This document shows positions 39,204-50,634 of a stretch of DNA of 64,000 nucleotides, in pieces. This stretch comes from Candidatus Daviesbacteria bacterium (GTDB lineage Bacteria; Patescibacteriota; Microgenomatia; Daviesbacterales; UBA10151). A program made the position numbers and the translations under genes. The stretch is taken from contig JAQTZF010000001.1 of NCBI GenBank assembly GCA_028687915.1, positions 1,966 to 65,965 of the forward strand, written 5' to 3'. How positions within the stretch are numbered: position 1 is the first letter of the stretch; each line of letters begins with the position of its first letter. The notes under the pieces are model-generated. The model did not search any database, was not told where the DNA came from, and saw only the letters and a program-made list of their open reading frames with translations.

Positions 39204-40223
39204 TTACTTAGTAGAAATATTTAGAACTTGTTCTACAAGTCTATTGGAATATCCAAATTCATTATCATACCAAGCAAAAACCTTTACCAAATCCCCATCA
39301 ACCACCTGTGTTAGTGATAAATCAACAATGGCTGATTCTGATCTGCCTATAATATCTGAAGAAACCAAAGGTTCATCACTCCAGGTTACAATTCCCCTCC
39401 ACCTTGAATCATCACAAGCTTCTTTAATTGCCTGATTTATTTCATCAACTGATGTTTTGGTTTTTAGAAGAAAAGTAAAGTCACAAATTGAACCTAAAAT
39501 AACTGGTACCCTAATCCCTACCCCATCAAACAAACCTTTTAATTCCGGAATAACTTCTGTAGTAGAAATAGCAGCACCAGTGGTAGTGGGAATAATATTA
39601 GAATAAGCAGCCCTTGCCCTTCTTAAATCATTACTTTTACCACCTGGTGGTGGTCCATCAACTAAATTTTGTTCAGCTGTTATAGCATGGGTGGTAGTCA
39701 TTAAAGCTTTAGCAATTCCAAATTTTCCATGAATAATAGCTGCTACCGGAGCCACACAATTAGTGGTACATGATGCATTATTAATAAGTTGCTGATCAGT
39801 ATATTGATCCTGATTAACTCCCATTAAAAATGTAGCAACATTTCCCCCTTTTGAAGGAGCTGATAAAATTACTTTTTTGGCTCCAGCTAAAATATGTTGT
39901 TGTAAATCTTCTTCTTTGGTAAAACGGCCTGTGCATTCTAAGACCACATCAATCCCTAAGCTACTCCATGGGAGGTTTGCAGGAATCTTTTCTGCAGTTA
40001 TAGGGTATTTTTTGTTATCAATTATGATATTTTGGTCATCAGCAAAAACCTCTTTACCCCATCTACCATAGGCTGAATCATGCTGTAAAAGATGTGCCAA
40101 TACTTTACCTTCTGTTAAATCATTTATGGCAATAATTTCAATTTGCTCAGAATATTTTTCCAGGATAATTTTAAAAACAGTCCTGCCTATTCTCCCAAAA
40201 CCATTAATAGCAACTTTAATCAT
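39204..40223 (-). CDS. gap: Glyceraldehyde-3-phosphate dehydrogenase, type I
   Basis: KVAINGFGRIGR NAD-binding motif, active-site ASCTTNC, C-terminal WYDNEFGYS, 339 aa. Confidence 0.95.
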   Translation of the reverse strand: MIKVAINGFGRIGRTVFKIILEKYSEQIEIIAINDLTEGKVLAHLLQHDSAYGRWGKEVFADDQNIIIDNKKYPITAEKIPANLPWSSLGIDVVLECTGRFTKEEDLQQHILAGAKKVILSAPSKGGNVATFLMGVNQDQYTDQQLINNASCTTNCVAPVAAIIHGKFGIAKALMTTTHAITAEQNLVDGPPPGGKSNDLRRARAAYSNIIPTTTGAAISTTEVIPELKGLFDGVGIRVPVILGSICDFTFLLKTKTSVDEINQAIKEACDDSRWRGIVTWSDEPLVSSDIIGRSESAIVDLSLTQVVDGDLVKVFAWYDNEFGYSNRLVEQVLNISTK

Positions 40224-40236
40224 AAATAATATTTTT

Positions 40237-41097
40237 TTATTTTGTTGTTTCCTTATAACCAGTCGGTAAGACTAAATATTGATTAATATTAGTAATTTTT
40301 TCATAAACGAAAGTTATTGTTTGCCATGTATCGGTATCATTTATTCTATAAGAAAGCGTATTAATAAGTCCACTATTTTTATCAAAAGTAATTTTAATTT
40401 TAACAGACAAACCCTTAGCATCCAAAGGTGTTTTATAAGTAGTATCTGATTGCCATTCATTATCGCCAATTAATTGCCAAGTTTTACTTGAAGTATCTTC
40501 AATTAAGCCAAGCAAGGGTAATCCTGCCTTTGCCAATGACCAGTAGAACTTACCCATTTCTCCATTTAAATCTTCCTTTATATATTCTTTTTTAGAAGAA
40601 TCAAAAATATAGACTTGATTATCCTTAAACATCAGGATCTGTTGTTTACCTATACTGTTAACCTCACCCCTAACCAAACTGCCCATCTGGGTATAAAAAA
40701 TACCTCTATCAGCATCATATCGGATTGTACTGCTTCCAACCACCTTACCTGTTGTATCTGTCTGCTGTGTTTGAAATTCAATTTTTCCACTAGTATAAAT
40801 TTTATAATCAGCTGCTTTAAAAACAGCTGCGAAAGTTGTTATTAGATCAGTGGCTTGAGGAGGACTGCTTGGTGTAGCAGTCGGAATTGCTGTGACCGTA
40901 GAGGATAATTTTTGCTGAGCAACAGGAAGAGGGCTGGGTGAAACTTGAGGAATAGGTGTTGAAAGCTTTATAGCTGGTATTAAATTTGGATATTGAGTCT
41001 TTATTAAATATGATCCACCGACAATAGCTACTGAAATTAAGGCTATAATAATTATAAATACAATAACGGTAAAACCATTATTTTCTTTAGACAGCAT
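40237..41097 (-). CDS. Membrane-anchored hypothetical protein with a Ser/Thr/Pro-rich linker
   Basis: 286 aa, N-terminal TM helix, PIPQVSPSPLPVAQQ...TATPSSPP linker. No catalytic motif. Confidence 0.5.
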   Translation of the reverse strand: MLSKENNGFTVIVFIIIIALISVAIVGGSYLIKTQYPNLIPAIKLSTPIPQVSPSPLPVAQQKLSSTVTAIPTATPSSPPQATDLITTFAAVFKAADYKIYTSGKIEFQTQQTDTTGKVVGSSTIRYDADRGIFYTQMGSLVRGEVNSIGKQQILMFKDNQVYIFDSSKKEYIKEDLNGEMGKFYWSLAKAGLPLLGLIEDTSSKTWQLIGDNEWQSDTTYKTPLDAKGLSVKIKITFDKNSGLINTLSYRINDTDTWQTITFVYEKITNINQYLVLPTGYKETTK

Positions 41098-41236
41098 ATA
41101 AAATCAGAATATCACAGAAAGATCAAGCCTAACAAGTATCGCTAAAATTCTTAAGTTGACTCTATTATTATAGAAAAACTTTCTTCGTGATAATACATCG
41201 CAGGACGTTTATCTTAAATCCTGTTTAGACTGATGA

Positions 41237-42226
41237 TCATTTTAATGCTTCAATTGTAGGTAATTTTCCTGTTTCCAAAAACTTAAGCATTGCCCCACCT
41301 CCTGTTGAAACAAAAGAAAACATAGTTAAGTCAGATAAATAATTTAGATATGCAATTGTATCTCCTCCACCAATAATACTTTTAGCACCGGATTCAATAA
41401 CTAATTGAGCTATCCTTTCTGTTTGGTTATTTTTAGGGTTCTCAACCAATCCTAAAGGTCCATTCCACAACACAGAGGCTGCAGAAGAAATAACTGTAGC
41501 CCATTCAGATACTGTTTCAGGTGTAAGATCTTCACCATCTTCTGTTAAATCAGCTAACATAATATTTTCCGGAAGAGTTGTCTTACTGGCTGCCAGTTCT
41601 TTTGCTATCTTTCCTCCCACCAACACCTTATGTGCAATCTTAGATAAAGCTAAAGCTGCTGGTAGTTTATCTTCTACTTTTTCTCCTCCGATAATCACCA
41701 CTAAAGGTTTTATCGGGTGTTCCTTAGCTTCTGTTAAGAACAGAACTTCTTTGGAAAATTGTAATCCTGCAGCACGAGGTAACAACATGGGTAAAATGGT
41801 AGTTGAAGCAGACTTATGATGAGAAGCAAAAGCCTCATTAACATAAAAATTACCTAAAGCAGCAAGCTCTTTAGCATAATAAACACTAGCTTCCTCTTCC
41901 CCTTTTTCAAACCTTAAGTTTTCCAGAAGTTGTAATTTACCACTGTCCAATTCATCCTTAAAACCATGTTCTACCAGCCAATTAAAAATAGGGGCAACTG
42001 ATAATTCTTCCACTTTCTTCCCTTCTGGCCTGCCAATATGCCCCATGATAATTACCTTAGAAGCATTCTCCAGGCAAAGCTCTAGTGTAGGCATTCCAGC
42101 AACTAATCTAAAATCATCTGTCACACTGCTATCTTCTATAGGCACATCAATATCCAAACGGAGCAAAACTTTTTTACCTTTAACTAAGGGAGCAGAAACA
42201 ACTTGCATCTTTAAATCGTAACACAA
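41237..42226 (-). CDS. pgk: Phosphoglycerate kinase (unusually short, 329 aa)
   Basis: VLLRLDIDVP, IIMGHIGRPEGK, LENLRFEKGEE, YVNEAFASHHKSAST and IIGGGDT match PGK blocks. Forms a gap-pgk operon. Confidence 0.85.
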   Translation of the reverse strand: MCYDLKMQVVSAPLVKGKKVLLRLDIDVPIEDSSVTDDFRLVAGMPTLELCLENASKVIIMGHIGRPEGKKVEELSVAPIFNWLVEHGFKDELDSGKLQLLENLRFEKGEEEASVYYAKELAALGNFYVNEAFASHHKSASTTILPMLLPRAAGLQFSKEVLFLTEAKEHPIKPLVVIIGGEKVEDKLPAALALSKIAHKVLVGGKIAKELAASKTTLPENIMLADLTEDGEDLTPETVSEWATVISSAASVLWNGPLGLVENPKNNQTERIAQLVIESGAKSIIGGGDTIAYLNYLSDLTMFSFVSTGGGAMLKFLETGKLPTIEALK

Positions 42227-42292
42227 TTATAAAAGTAAAAAAATTATATAAAGACAAAAATACTATAAAATGTTACAATTACCCTCAGTTTT

Positions 42293-42364
42293 GGGCACGT
42301 AGTTCACTGGTAGAACGCTTCACTGATAATGAAGAAGTAGATGGTTCGATTCCATCCGTGCCCA
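42293..42364 (+). tRNA. tRNA-Ile (anticodon GAT)
   Basis: GGGCACG-TA-GTTCACTGGTAGAAC-G-CTTCA-CTGATAA-TGAAG-AAGTA-GATGGTTCGATTCCATC-CGTGCCC-A gives a clean cloverleaf. The anticodon loop CUGAUAA is as in E. coli tRNA-Ile. Confidence 0.85.
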
Positions 42365-42385
42365 CTAAATCCCTTTTTCCCTTTT

Positions 42386-42458
42386 GGTGCGGTGGCGAAG
42401 TGGAAACGCTGGGGTCTGCAAAACCTCGATTGCGCGAGTTCGATTCTCGCCCGCACCT
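42386..42458 (+). tRNA. tRNA-Cys (anticodon GCA)
   Basis: GGTGCGG...GGGGT-CTGCAAA-ACCTC...GCGAG-TTCGATT-CTCGC-CCGCACC-T. Discriminator U73, as is typical for tRNA-Cys. Confidence 0.8.
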
Positions 42459-42553
42459 CCGAGTCTTCGAGGAGGAAGAGAGAGAACAACATCTCTGAGT
42501 GAAGCGAAGAGTAGTGTTATTCTCGCCCGCACCTCTGAAGTAAACCTCTGAAA

Positions 42554-42817
42554 TTAGTTTTGCGGAAGAGGTGTATTTTCTGGGCTTTTTATCTCCTCAA
42601 CTTTTTTGGCAATATCTTTTCTACGTAAGCCCTCAAAAAATTTAATTATTCCACCTAAACCAGGAATAATTTCTGAAATAGGTTTAAATTCCAACTTTTT
42701 AGGATCAGGATTTTCAACATTAAACCATTCCTTATTACCAAAGGCATTTTCTAGAGTTGGTTCATGCTTAGTAGGCTGTTTAAGGTTTTTACCCTTTTCA
42801 CTTTCAGGATTATCCAT
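42554..42817 (-). CDS. Small hypothetical protein
   Basis: 87-aa hydrophilic ORF between the tRNAs and the 16S terminator. Coding status uncertain. Confidence 0.3.
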   Translation of the reverse strand: MDNPESEKGKNLKQPTKHEPTLENAFGNKEWFNVENPDPKKLEFKPISEIIPGLGGIIKFFEGLRRKDIAKKVEEIKSPENTPLPQN

Positions 42818-42849
42818 AGTGTTATTCTACACTATTTAAAAATTTCCAC

Positions 42850-42882
42850 AAAAAAACTCCCCGGAGGGAGTTAATTTTTATT
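42850..42882. terminator. Bidirectional intrinsic terminator just 3' of the 16S gene
   Basis: AAAAAAACTCCCCGGAGGGAGTTAATTTTTATT: a GC-rich palindrome CTCCCCGG/CCGGAGGGAG flanked by A- and T-runs. Confidence 0.55.
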
Positions 42883-43043
42883 AATTCCAAAAAAGTGGTG
42901 GGGAGGGTTTTTATAGAAGCCCTCAACTTCTATCACCATTTACCCTGAATTTCTTCAGAATAGCGTGAAGGTGATCTTGGATCAAACCATGGCTAACTGT
43001 TGCTTACGCATTTTCAGGAATCCTCCAGTTTGACCTAATCTCC

Positions 43044-44515
<1,472 letters not shown>

Positions 44516-44739
44516 AAGTGAATTTGTATCCAGCTCCACTAATAAATCAATGAAGCTTTCTACAAGCTTCACTCAAAGAATTGACAAAAGATTTTCCCTA
44601 ATAAATTAGGGATTGCACTCTTGTTTTTCGATTTACCTAGACTTGGTAAATCATTTTCCCACCACTTTTCCGGAATCAACAGCCTAAAAAGGCATGAAAA
44701 AACCGAAAAAGGGTAAAAACTTTTCCGGTTGTTAATGTG

Positions 44740-44761
44740 CTACGTTCATGTAACTGAACGT
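44740..44761. repeat. Hairpin repeat TACGTTCA-TGTAAC-TGAACGTA in the 16S 5' leader
   Basis: Same arms. About 225 nt upstream of the mature 16S 5' end. Confidence 0.65.
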
Positions 44762-44881
44762 AGCTATGAAGCAAAATATTTAATATTTGTTGTCAACTTC
44801 ATAGCAAAACTGAAAATAGTATCCCAATTACTCAGGACTAGTTTCCAAGTAGAACGATTTTAATCTAAATTAAGCTCGATG

Positions 44882-46276
44882 TCAAACAGCTGACTGGCTA
44901 GCTAAAGTTCTTAATCCGGGAATAGAATTTGGCTGATGATTTACCACTCTTTTAACATCTTCTTCCTCTGCTCTTTTTCCATTTTCGGCTATAGTAACTG
45001 GAATAAACTTTCTATTAAATTCCAAACCTCTTTTTAAAATTTCCAACCTAGATTGTAATCCCAATTTTCCAATTGCAGAAACAAATAAACGGTAAGATCC
45101 ATCACCTTGATAAAATAAACTAACTACTTCAAGGATATTTTTAGTTAAGATCCCGCTTTTTACAGCCTGGTTTTCTATCTCTGTGAGCATATTAGCTGCT
45201 ACTATCCTCGCATCAATTATTTCCTCCCCTTCAGCACCTTCAATAACAGATTCTACAGCCAATTTTAAAACCTCATCTCTGTTTGCTAAAGCATCTTCAT
45301 CTAGAACAAATTTATACTGAGCTTCTTTTTGAACTCTCTCTTCAGCTTTTTCGATTGCTTCAACTTCCTCCACAACTGATACTTTTTGTTCTGATTTTAA
45401 TTGTGCTTGAACCATCATTTGAGTAACAATTTCAGGTTCATTTCCTGCTTGAATTAAAGCATTTTCAACTAATTCAACTGCCTGGGTTTCAGCTATTCCT
45501 GCTGTAATTAAGCTTTCATAAGCTATGGTTGCCTGAGCTATTTCAGGATAAGCTTGATCACTTATTTGAAGTATTTCTGATGTTTCTATTGAAGTTGTTA
45601 CTATCTCAGATAAAGCTGGAGATTGTTCTGATAATGAAACCAGTTCTTCTGCTGCTTTAAAAACTGGTTCGTCATTAATTTGATCCGTATCCAAAGAGAT
45701 TAATTCTGGAATTGGTTGATGAATAATATTTTCATCTATTAAATCAAAAATAGCTTCAGATTGAACAATTTCTTCAATCACTGGTGCTTTCAAATCCGCA
45801 AATTCTTCTGGTTGAGAGATTGGTTCTTCAATATCTGGCATAAAATTTGTTTGTTCAAAAATAGTATCTATGTTTGTTTCTATCGGGATATCAAAAACAC
45901 TTGAAGGTCTTGAAGATTCTAAAATTGATTCTAAATATGTGGGTGGTGTTAATATATCTTCTGCAAAATTATCTGTAAAAGCTTCCTGAAAAATTTGAGG
46001 TACCTCAAAACTTGGTATTGTAGGATCTAAATTTATATCAGCTAAACTCTCATTAAAAATTGACGGAATTGGAGTTATATCTATTGAAGGACTACTAAAA
46101 ATATCTACACCTGGATTTAAAGATCCCCCACTTAAGCCTGATGTTTCAAAAGAAGAAAAATTACTAAAAGAGGAAAATTCTGAACCCATACCGATTCCAG
46201 GGCTGGAAAGCGCAGATATACCGGCACCGACTGAAGAAAAGCTATCTACTGAGATTGATTCTCCTTCAATACTCAT
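44882..46276 (-). CDS. Acidic, Ser/Glu/Ile-rich hypothetical protein
   Basis: 464-aa ORF, strongly acidic and low-complexity at the N-terminus, with a more ordered C-terminal ~150 aa. Immediately upstream of the 16S leader. Confidence 0.5.
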   Translation of the reverse strand: MSIEGESISVDSFSSVGAGISALSSPGIGMGSEFSSFSNFSSFETSGLSGGSLNPGVDIFSSPSIDITPIPSIFNESLADINLDPTIPSFEVPQIFQEAFTDNFAEDILTPPTYLESILESSRPSSVFDIPIETNIDTIFEQTNFMPDIEEPISQPEEFADLKAPVIEEIVQSEAIFDLIDENIIHQPIPELISLDTDQINDEPVFKAAEELVSLSEQSPALSEIVTTSIETSEILQISDQAYPEIAQATIAYESLITAGIAETQAVELVENALIQAGNEPEIVTQMMVQAQLKSEQKVSVVEEVEAIEKAEERVQKEAQYKFVLDEDALANRDEVLKLAVESVIEGAEGEEIIDARIVAANMLTEIENQAVKSGILTKNILEVVSLFYQGDGSYRLFVSAIGKLGLQSRLEILKRGLEFNRKFIPVTIAENGKRAEEEDVKRVVNHQPNSIPGLRTLASQSAV

Positions 46277-46404
46277 CTAAAGCCTCCTTTCTAACTAACA
46301 CTAATTTATGGAATTTTACCAGAAAGAACCCGAATAGTCAAATTAAAATTGACAAGCCTGTGAACCCAGTGTTACTGTTTGATAAGCACATAAACTCTTT
46401 TTTT

Positions 46405-49400
46405 ATGCTCACAAAACTAACAGATTTCATAAAAAATTACTGGAAAATCGGGATTTTTATTTTAATTCTTCTTTCAGTCCCCCTTACAGTCTTTCTGGTC
46501 ACTCAAACACAAATTTTCAGAAGCCGTGCTTCTGCCATCCCTGTGGCTTTTGAAGGAAACGGGGTAACTTATACTAACGGCCAATATTTTACTTCAACTC
46601 TAACCGGCATTAAATTAAAATTAACGTCTCCTTTTGCAACTTCCGGTACTCAATCATTTAATGCAGGCAGCACTCAGGATTTCTATGGAAAAAGGCTTAG
46701 CTTTCTTAAGCTTTTCGGACAGACAAAAATCACAGAAGCTGTTAGAAATGCCGCCACAGGGCATAATATTTATCACGCTCCAGGTGTAGTGGTAGATAAA
46801 AGCAGTACGCCGAATAAAATTTATGAGGTAGATTCAGGAAACAGCAGAATTTTAGGGTTTAACGGGATCGGATATTGTTCTCAAAATCCAGCTCAGTCTT
46901 GCACTATTGATAGTGATTGCGGGACTGGAAATAGCTGTAATATAGACGGGAATAAAAATGCAGATATTGTTTTTGGTCAACCTGATTTTGAAAGCGGAGC
47001 CTGTAACAAAGATGCAAATCTCGGAATTAGCAAAAAACCCGATGCTTCTTCTCTTTGTTTTATGGGTTATCCTGTAGCTACTAACACAGCTGAAGCCTGG
47101 CAAAGAAACAATATTGAAGTTGACAGCGAAGGAAATCTTTATGTGGCCGATTATTGGAATAACCGAATATTAAAATATAATCAGCCTTTCAGCCAGGATA
47201 AAACAGCAGGCAAAGGTGACACTGTGGCTGATTTTGTTTGGGGTCAAAATGATTTTTCCTCCAACGGAATCAATCAGATTAATCCGTATTTCAGCACTTC
47301 AACCAGAACACCATCTAATAAATCTTTGTGGATCAGTTTTGGCTTTGGAACAGCAGATCATGTTTCATCACGCGGAGTATCAGTTGATGCACAAAACAAC
47401 CTTTGGGTGGCTGATACTTTTAATAACCGTGTCCTTCGTTTTCCCAAAGATTCCCAAACTGCTGATCTTGTGCTAGGACAGGCTGATTTTAATTCTTTCG
47501 GTTGTATTCCTAATGGTCCTTTAAATAGATTTTGTACACCAACTTTGGCAAGAATAGATCCTGAAAATGGCGATCTTTATGTTTCTGATGAATATCCGAA
47601 TAGTTTTCGTGCTAGAATTCTGGTTTTTCACCCTCCGTTTACTAATGGTATGGCAGCTTCAAAAAGCATTGTTATCAACCAAGGTCCACCCTGGTTTGAA
47701 GGCAGATATTTATTTCAATCAACAGGTTTTAACTTTAATCCATTCAAAGAAGGAGAATACGCAGCAGGGAGACTTTGGATCAATGAGCTTTCTGCCTACC
47801 GGACTACTTTAATTGACGCAAATGGCAACATTGTTAAAGTCATCGGAGCAACAACTAATACTGGCCAGGGTGGCGATACTCAATACGGTAGTGAATGCGG
47901 TGATATATATAATCCCGCTCAATTCAATTTATGGTGGCCTGGAGGATCGATTGGTTTTGACAGCGCAAACAACATTTATTTATCCGATGAATTTTTTGGC
48001 CGTGTTTCCAGATATAAACTGCCTTACCAGCTACGAACAGTTGGAACTAAAACTTGTTTACCACTTGCAAATGGAGGTTTATTCCCAATGAGTAAAAGCA
48101 TCAAACAGGATAACAGATTAGGTGAATCAATCGGATTAGTAGTGAATAATAACCAGTTGATTATTAAAGATGAAAGCTCAATCAAAGTTTGGAATGATTA
48201 TTTACAAAAATCCATCGGCAGTAATCCCGATATAATACTCACAGGCGGCATGCCGACAAGAATTTTATTCAGTGATGCTGTTGATGAAAATAACAGGTTG
48301 TGGATGTATACAGACAGAGGTGATTTACGTGTATATCAACTTCCGTTTAAAGGCAATGATGTGCCTTTGACTGATAATATAAAACTATATTGGAAAGATG
48401 ACGGGACAGCGGTCAATGCTCATTTTTGGGAAACAGGGTTGACTGTAGATAAAGTAAACAAAGCCATTTATATCTCTGACAGAGAGAAAAACAGAGTACT
48501 CAGAATAAGCAACTATAATGAATTTTTAAATCACGCTAACAACAACTTATTAGTTGATTTGGTTCTGGGACAATCAGATAAAACCGGCGCATTGTGTAAT
48601 CACGGAAGCAACACACCTTTAGCTGACGGAATATGTTCACCTTATGGATTAAAATTTGATAAAACAGGTAATCTTTTTCTGATCGAAAATAATTATGAAT
48701 GTCACGGTAATGACCGTATTTCTATTTTCACGGCGTCTGATCTGAAGAATGCTTCAGGTTTATTCCCCATGTTAAAGGCTCAAAAAGTACTTATTGCAAA
48801 TGACCTGACTTCCAAAGGACCATGTGCATATACCACAGTAGATAAACCTGGCTCCCCTGTCAGTTTAGCTTTTGATAGTCATAATCGCCTGGTTGTGGGA
48901 AATGACGGATATTATGGAGACAATCAAAAAAGACAATTAAAGCAATTGTGGTATTACTCAGATCCGTTAAATAAAACTACCCCTGACAAATCAATAGAAT
49001 TGCCCATAGGCAGCGCAGGAGAACTTGCCTTTGATAAAGATGATAATCTGTTTATCCAGGATCATACTTGGTACAGGGTTTGGGGTATTAATTATTATCA
49101 GGATGATGATTGGGGAATTATATCCACCACCACACCCACACCTACCCCTACACTTATTTCTACACCTACAGCTACAGCTATTCCGACACCAACCTCAGCT
49201 CCCGAGCCAAAAACATGTGCACAAGTAATTACTTCAGCTATGAATCCTTTAACCGGAAACTGTGAAGAATTCCCAAGCCCCTGTGAGGTACCATCAGGCT
49301 GGACATTAAATTGCACAAGTCCTGTTGTTACAGCAACTCCAACCCAATCTCCAAATCCTAACCTTATTTCTTATGGTGCTTTCAGCTACACAACTTCAGC

Positions 49401-50634
49401 CGATAATGTTCAACATGTTTCTCAATCAATTCTGGCTGATAACGGATATGCTTATGGCCGGACTTGCATCGTGGAAAATGGTCAGGTAAATTGTGACGGA
49501 ACCAGATTCCCCTGGACCAAAACTGTCGCAAGCGCTCCTGACGGATCCAACATTAAAATAATTTCTTACGGAGCATTTTCATATGATTCAAATGGACAAC
49601 AAAAAGCAGTGCAATCCTTAATCGGTGAGGACGGAACCAGCTTTTCCAGATCATGCAATGTAGGAGCCACTGATCTGAATTTATCTGCAACAGCATGCCC
49701 ATGGACTAAAGATCCGAATAAACTAGGCATACCTATGCCAAATCAACCGGCAGGAAAAATTATTGGTTATGAAGCCTTCAGCTATAAAACATCCGCCGAT
49801 GGCAAGGAACATGTGTCAATGTCTCTACTAGCAAATAACGGATATTCATACGGACGTACATGTAACATAGAAAGTGGTCAGGTAAATTGTTCTTCTGCTA
49901 CAAGTTCTTGGAGCAGGTCTGCAATTGATCCGAATGTTATTGCTTACGGGGCTTTCTCGTATTATGCAGATAGTCAACAAAAAATAGTACAAAGTTTGAT
50001 TAATAAAAATGGTTCTACATCTTACAGAACTTGCAACACCAATCCTGACGGCCTTAATTTATCAACCTCAGTATGTCCCTGGCAATACGGAACAATAGCT
50101 GTTCCTACAGTTCTGGGAGCAAGTATATCGGCCGATAATGTTAAAGGGTTGGCTTTGGCAGCAGGAAATTCTATAAATTTTAAGCTTGCCAAAAATCCTG
50201 TTGATTTATCAGGTGCCCAAACTCAATCACTTACTTCTGATCCAATGATTATTGATTTTAATTTTGATAAATCCAATCCCGATCCTGGTTATTCTGAAAC
50301 AATATTTGTCCAATTTATCAATAGCAACGGACAAATAGATAACCGCCAGGCTACTATTACTTATCAACCAGCTACAACAACTACATCCATACCCGCTACT
50401 GTTTCTAACCCCACCTCTACATCAAGCATCCAAAAAAGTTCCGTCATAAAGGGTGATTTAAATAATAATAGTTCACTTGATTTAGGCGATATGTCAGTGA
50501 TTTTATCCAAATGGAGTTCATCATTAACAGGAGTTGTTTCTAACGCTGATCTTAATGGGGACGGTAAAGTTAACAGCTTTGATTATTCTTTAATGTTAAA
50601 TCTGCTCACTAATGCTAAAGTTATTCACAACTAA
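46405..50634 (+). CDS. Large secreted protein with an NHL-repeat beta-propeller, 4 x ~70-aa internal repeats, a Thr/Pro linker and a C-terminal dockerin
   Basis: The likely start is MLTKLTDF...IFILILL (TM/signal), in frame with the ORF that opens at 46255. NHL-like blades YVADYWNNRILKYN, WVADTFNNRVLRFP, YLSDEFFGRVSRY and YISDREKNRVLRI. Repeats ISYGAFSY..., IGYEAFSY... and IAYGAFSY.... C-terminal DLNNNSSLDLGDMSVI...DLNGDGKVNSFDYSLML matches a dockerin type I duplicated Ca-binding motif. Confidence 0.75.
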   Translation: MLTKLTDFIKNYWKIGIFILILLSVPLTVFLVTQTQIFRSRASAIPVAFEGNGVTYTNGQYFTSTLTGIKLKLTSPFATSGTQSFNAGSTQDFYGKRLSFLKLFGQTKITEAVRNAATGHNIYHAPGVVVDKSSTPNKIYEVDSGNSRILGFNGIGYCSQNPAQSCTIDSDCGTGNSCNIDGNKNADIVFGQPDFESGACNKDANLGISKKPDASSLCFMGYPVATNTAEAWQRNNIEVDSEGNLYVADYWNNRILKYNQPFSQDKTAGKGDTVADFVWGQNDFSSNGINQINPYFSTSTRTPSNKSLWISFGFGTADHVSSRGVSVDAQNNLWVADTFNNRVLRFPKDSQTADLVLGQADFNSFGCIPNGPLNRFCTPTLARIDPENGDLYVSDEYPNSFRARILVFHPPFTNGMAASKSIVINQGPPWFEGRYLFQSTGFNFNPFKEGEYAAGRLWINELSAYRTTLIDANGNIVKVIGATTNTGQGGDTQYGSECGDIYNPAQFNLWWPGGSIGFDSANNIYLSDEFFGRVSRYKLPYQLRTVGTKTCLPLANGGLFPMSKSIKQDNRLGESIGLVVNNNQLIIKDESSIKVWNDYLQKSIGSNPDIILTGGMPTRILFSDAVDENNRLWMYTDRGDLRVYQLPFKGNDVPLTDNIKLYWKDDGTAVNAHFWETGLTVDKVNKAIYISDREKNRVLRISNYNEFLNHANNNLLVDLVLGQSDKTGALCNHGSNTPLADGICSPYGLKFDKTGNLFLIENNYECHGNDRISIFTASDLKNASGLFPMLKAQKVLIANDLTSKGPCAYTTVDKPGSPVSLAFDSHNRLVVGNDGYYGDNQKRQLKQLWYYSDPLNKTTPDKSIELPIGSAGELAFDKDDNLFIQDHTWYRVWGINYYQDDDWGIISTTTPTPTPTLISTPTATAIPTPTSAPEPKTCAQVITSAMNPLTGNCEEFPSPCEVPSGWTLNCTSPVVTATPTQSPNPNLISYGAFSYTTSADNVQHVSQSILADNGYAYGRTCIVENGQVNCDGTRFPWTKTVASAPDGSNIKIISYGAFSYDSNGQQKAVQSLIGEDGTSFSRSCNVGATDLNLSATACPWTKDPNKLGIPMPNQPAGKIIGYEAFSYKTSADGKEHVSMSLLANNGYSYGRTCNIESGQVNCSSATSSWSRSAIDPNVIAYGAFSYYADSQQKIVQSLINKNGSTSYRTCNTNPDGLNLSTSVCPWQYGTIAVPTVLGASISADNVKGLALAAGNSINFKLAKNPVDLSGAQTQSLTSDPMIIDFNFDKSNPDPGYSETIFVQFINSNGQIDNRQATITYQPATTTTSIPATVSNPTSTSSIQKSSVIKGDLNNNSSLDLGDMSVILSKWSSSLTGVVSNADLNGDGKVNSFDYSLMLNLLTNAKVIHN

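Noticed and set aside
44540-44880. Attempt to assign a sigma70 promoter for the 16S gene (TTGACA at 44790-44795 on the minus strand)
   Set aside because: No acceptable -10 hexamer at 16-19-nt spacing. The promoter cannot be called from sequence alone.
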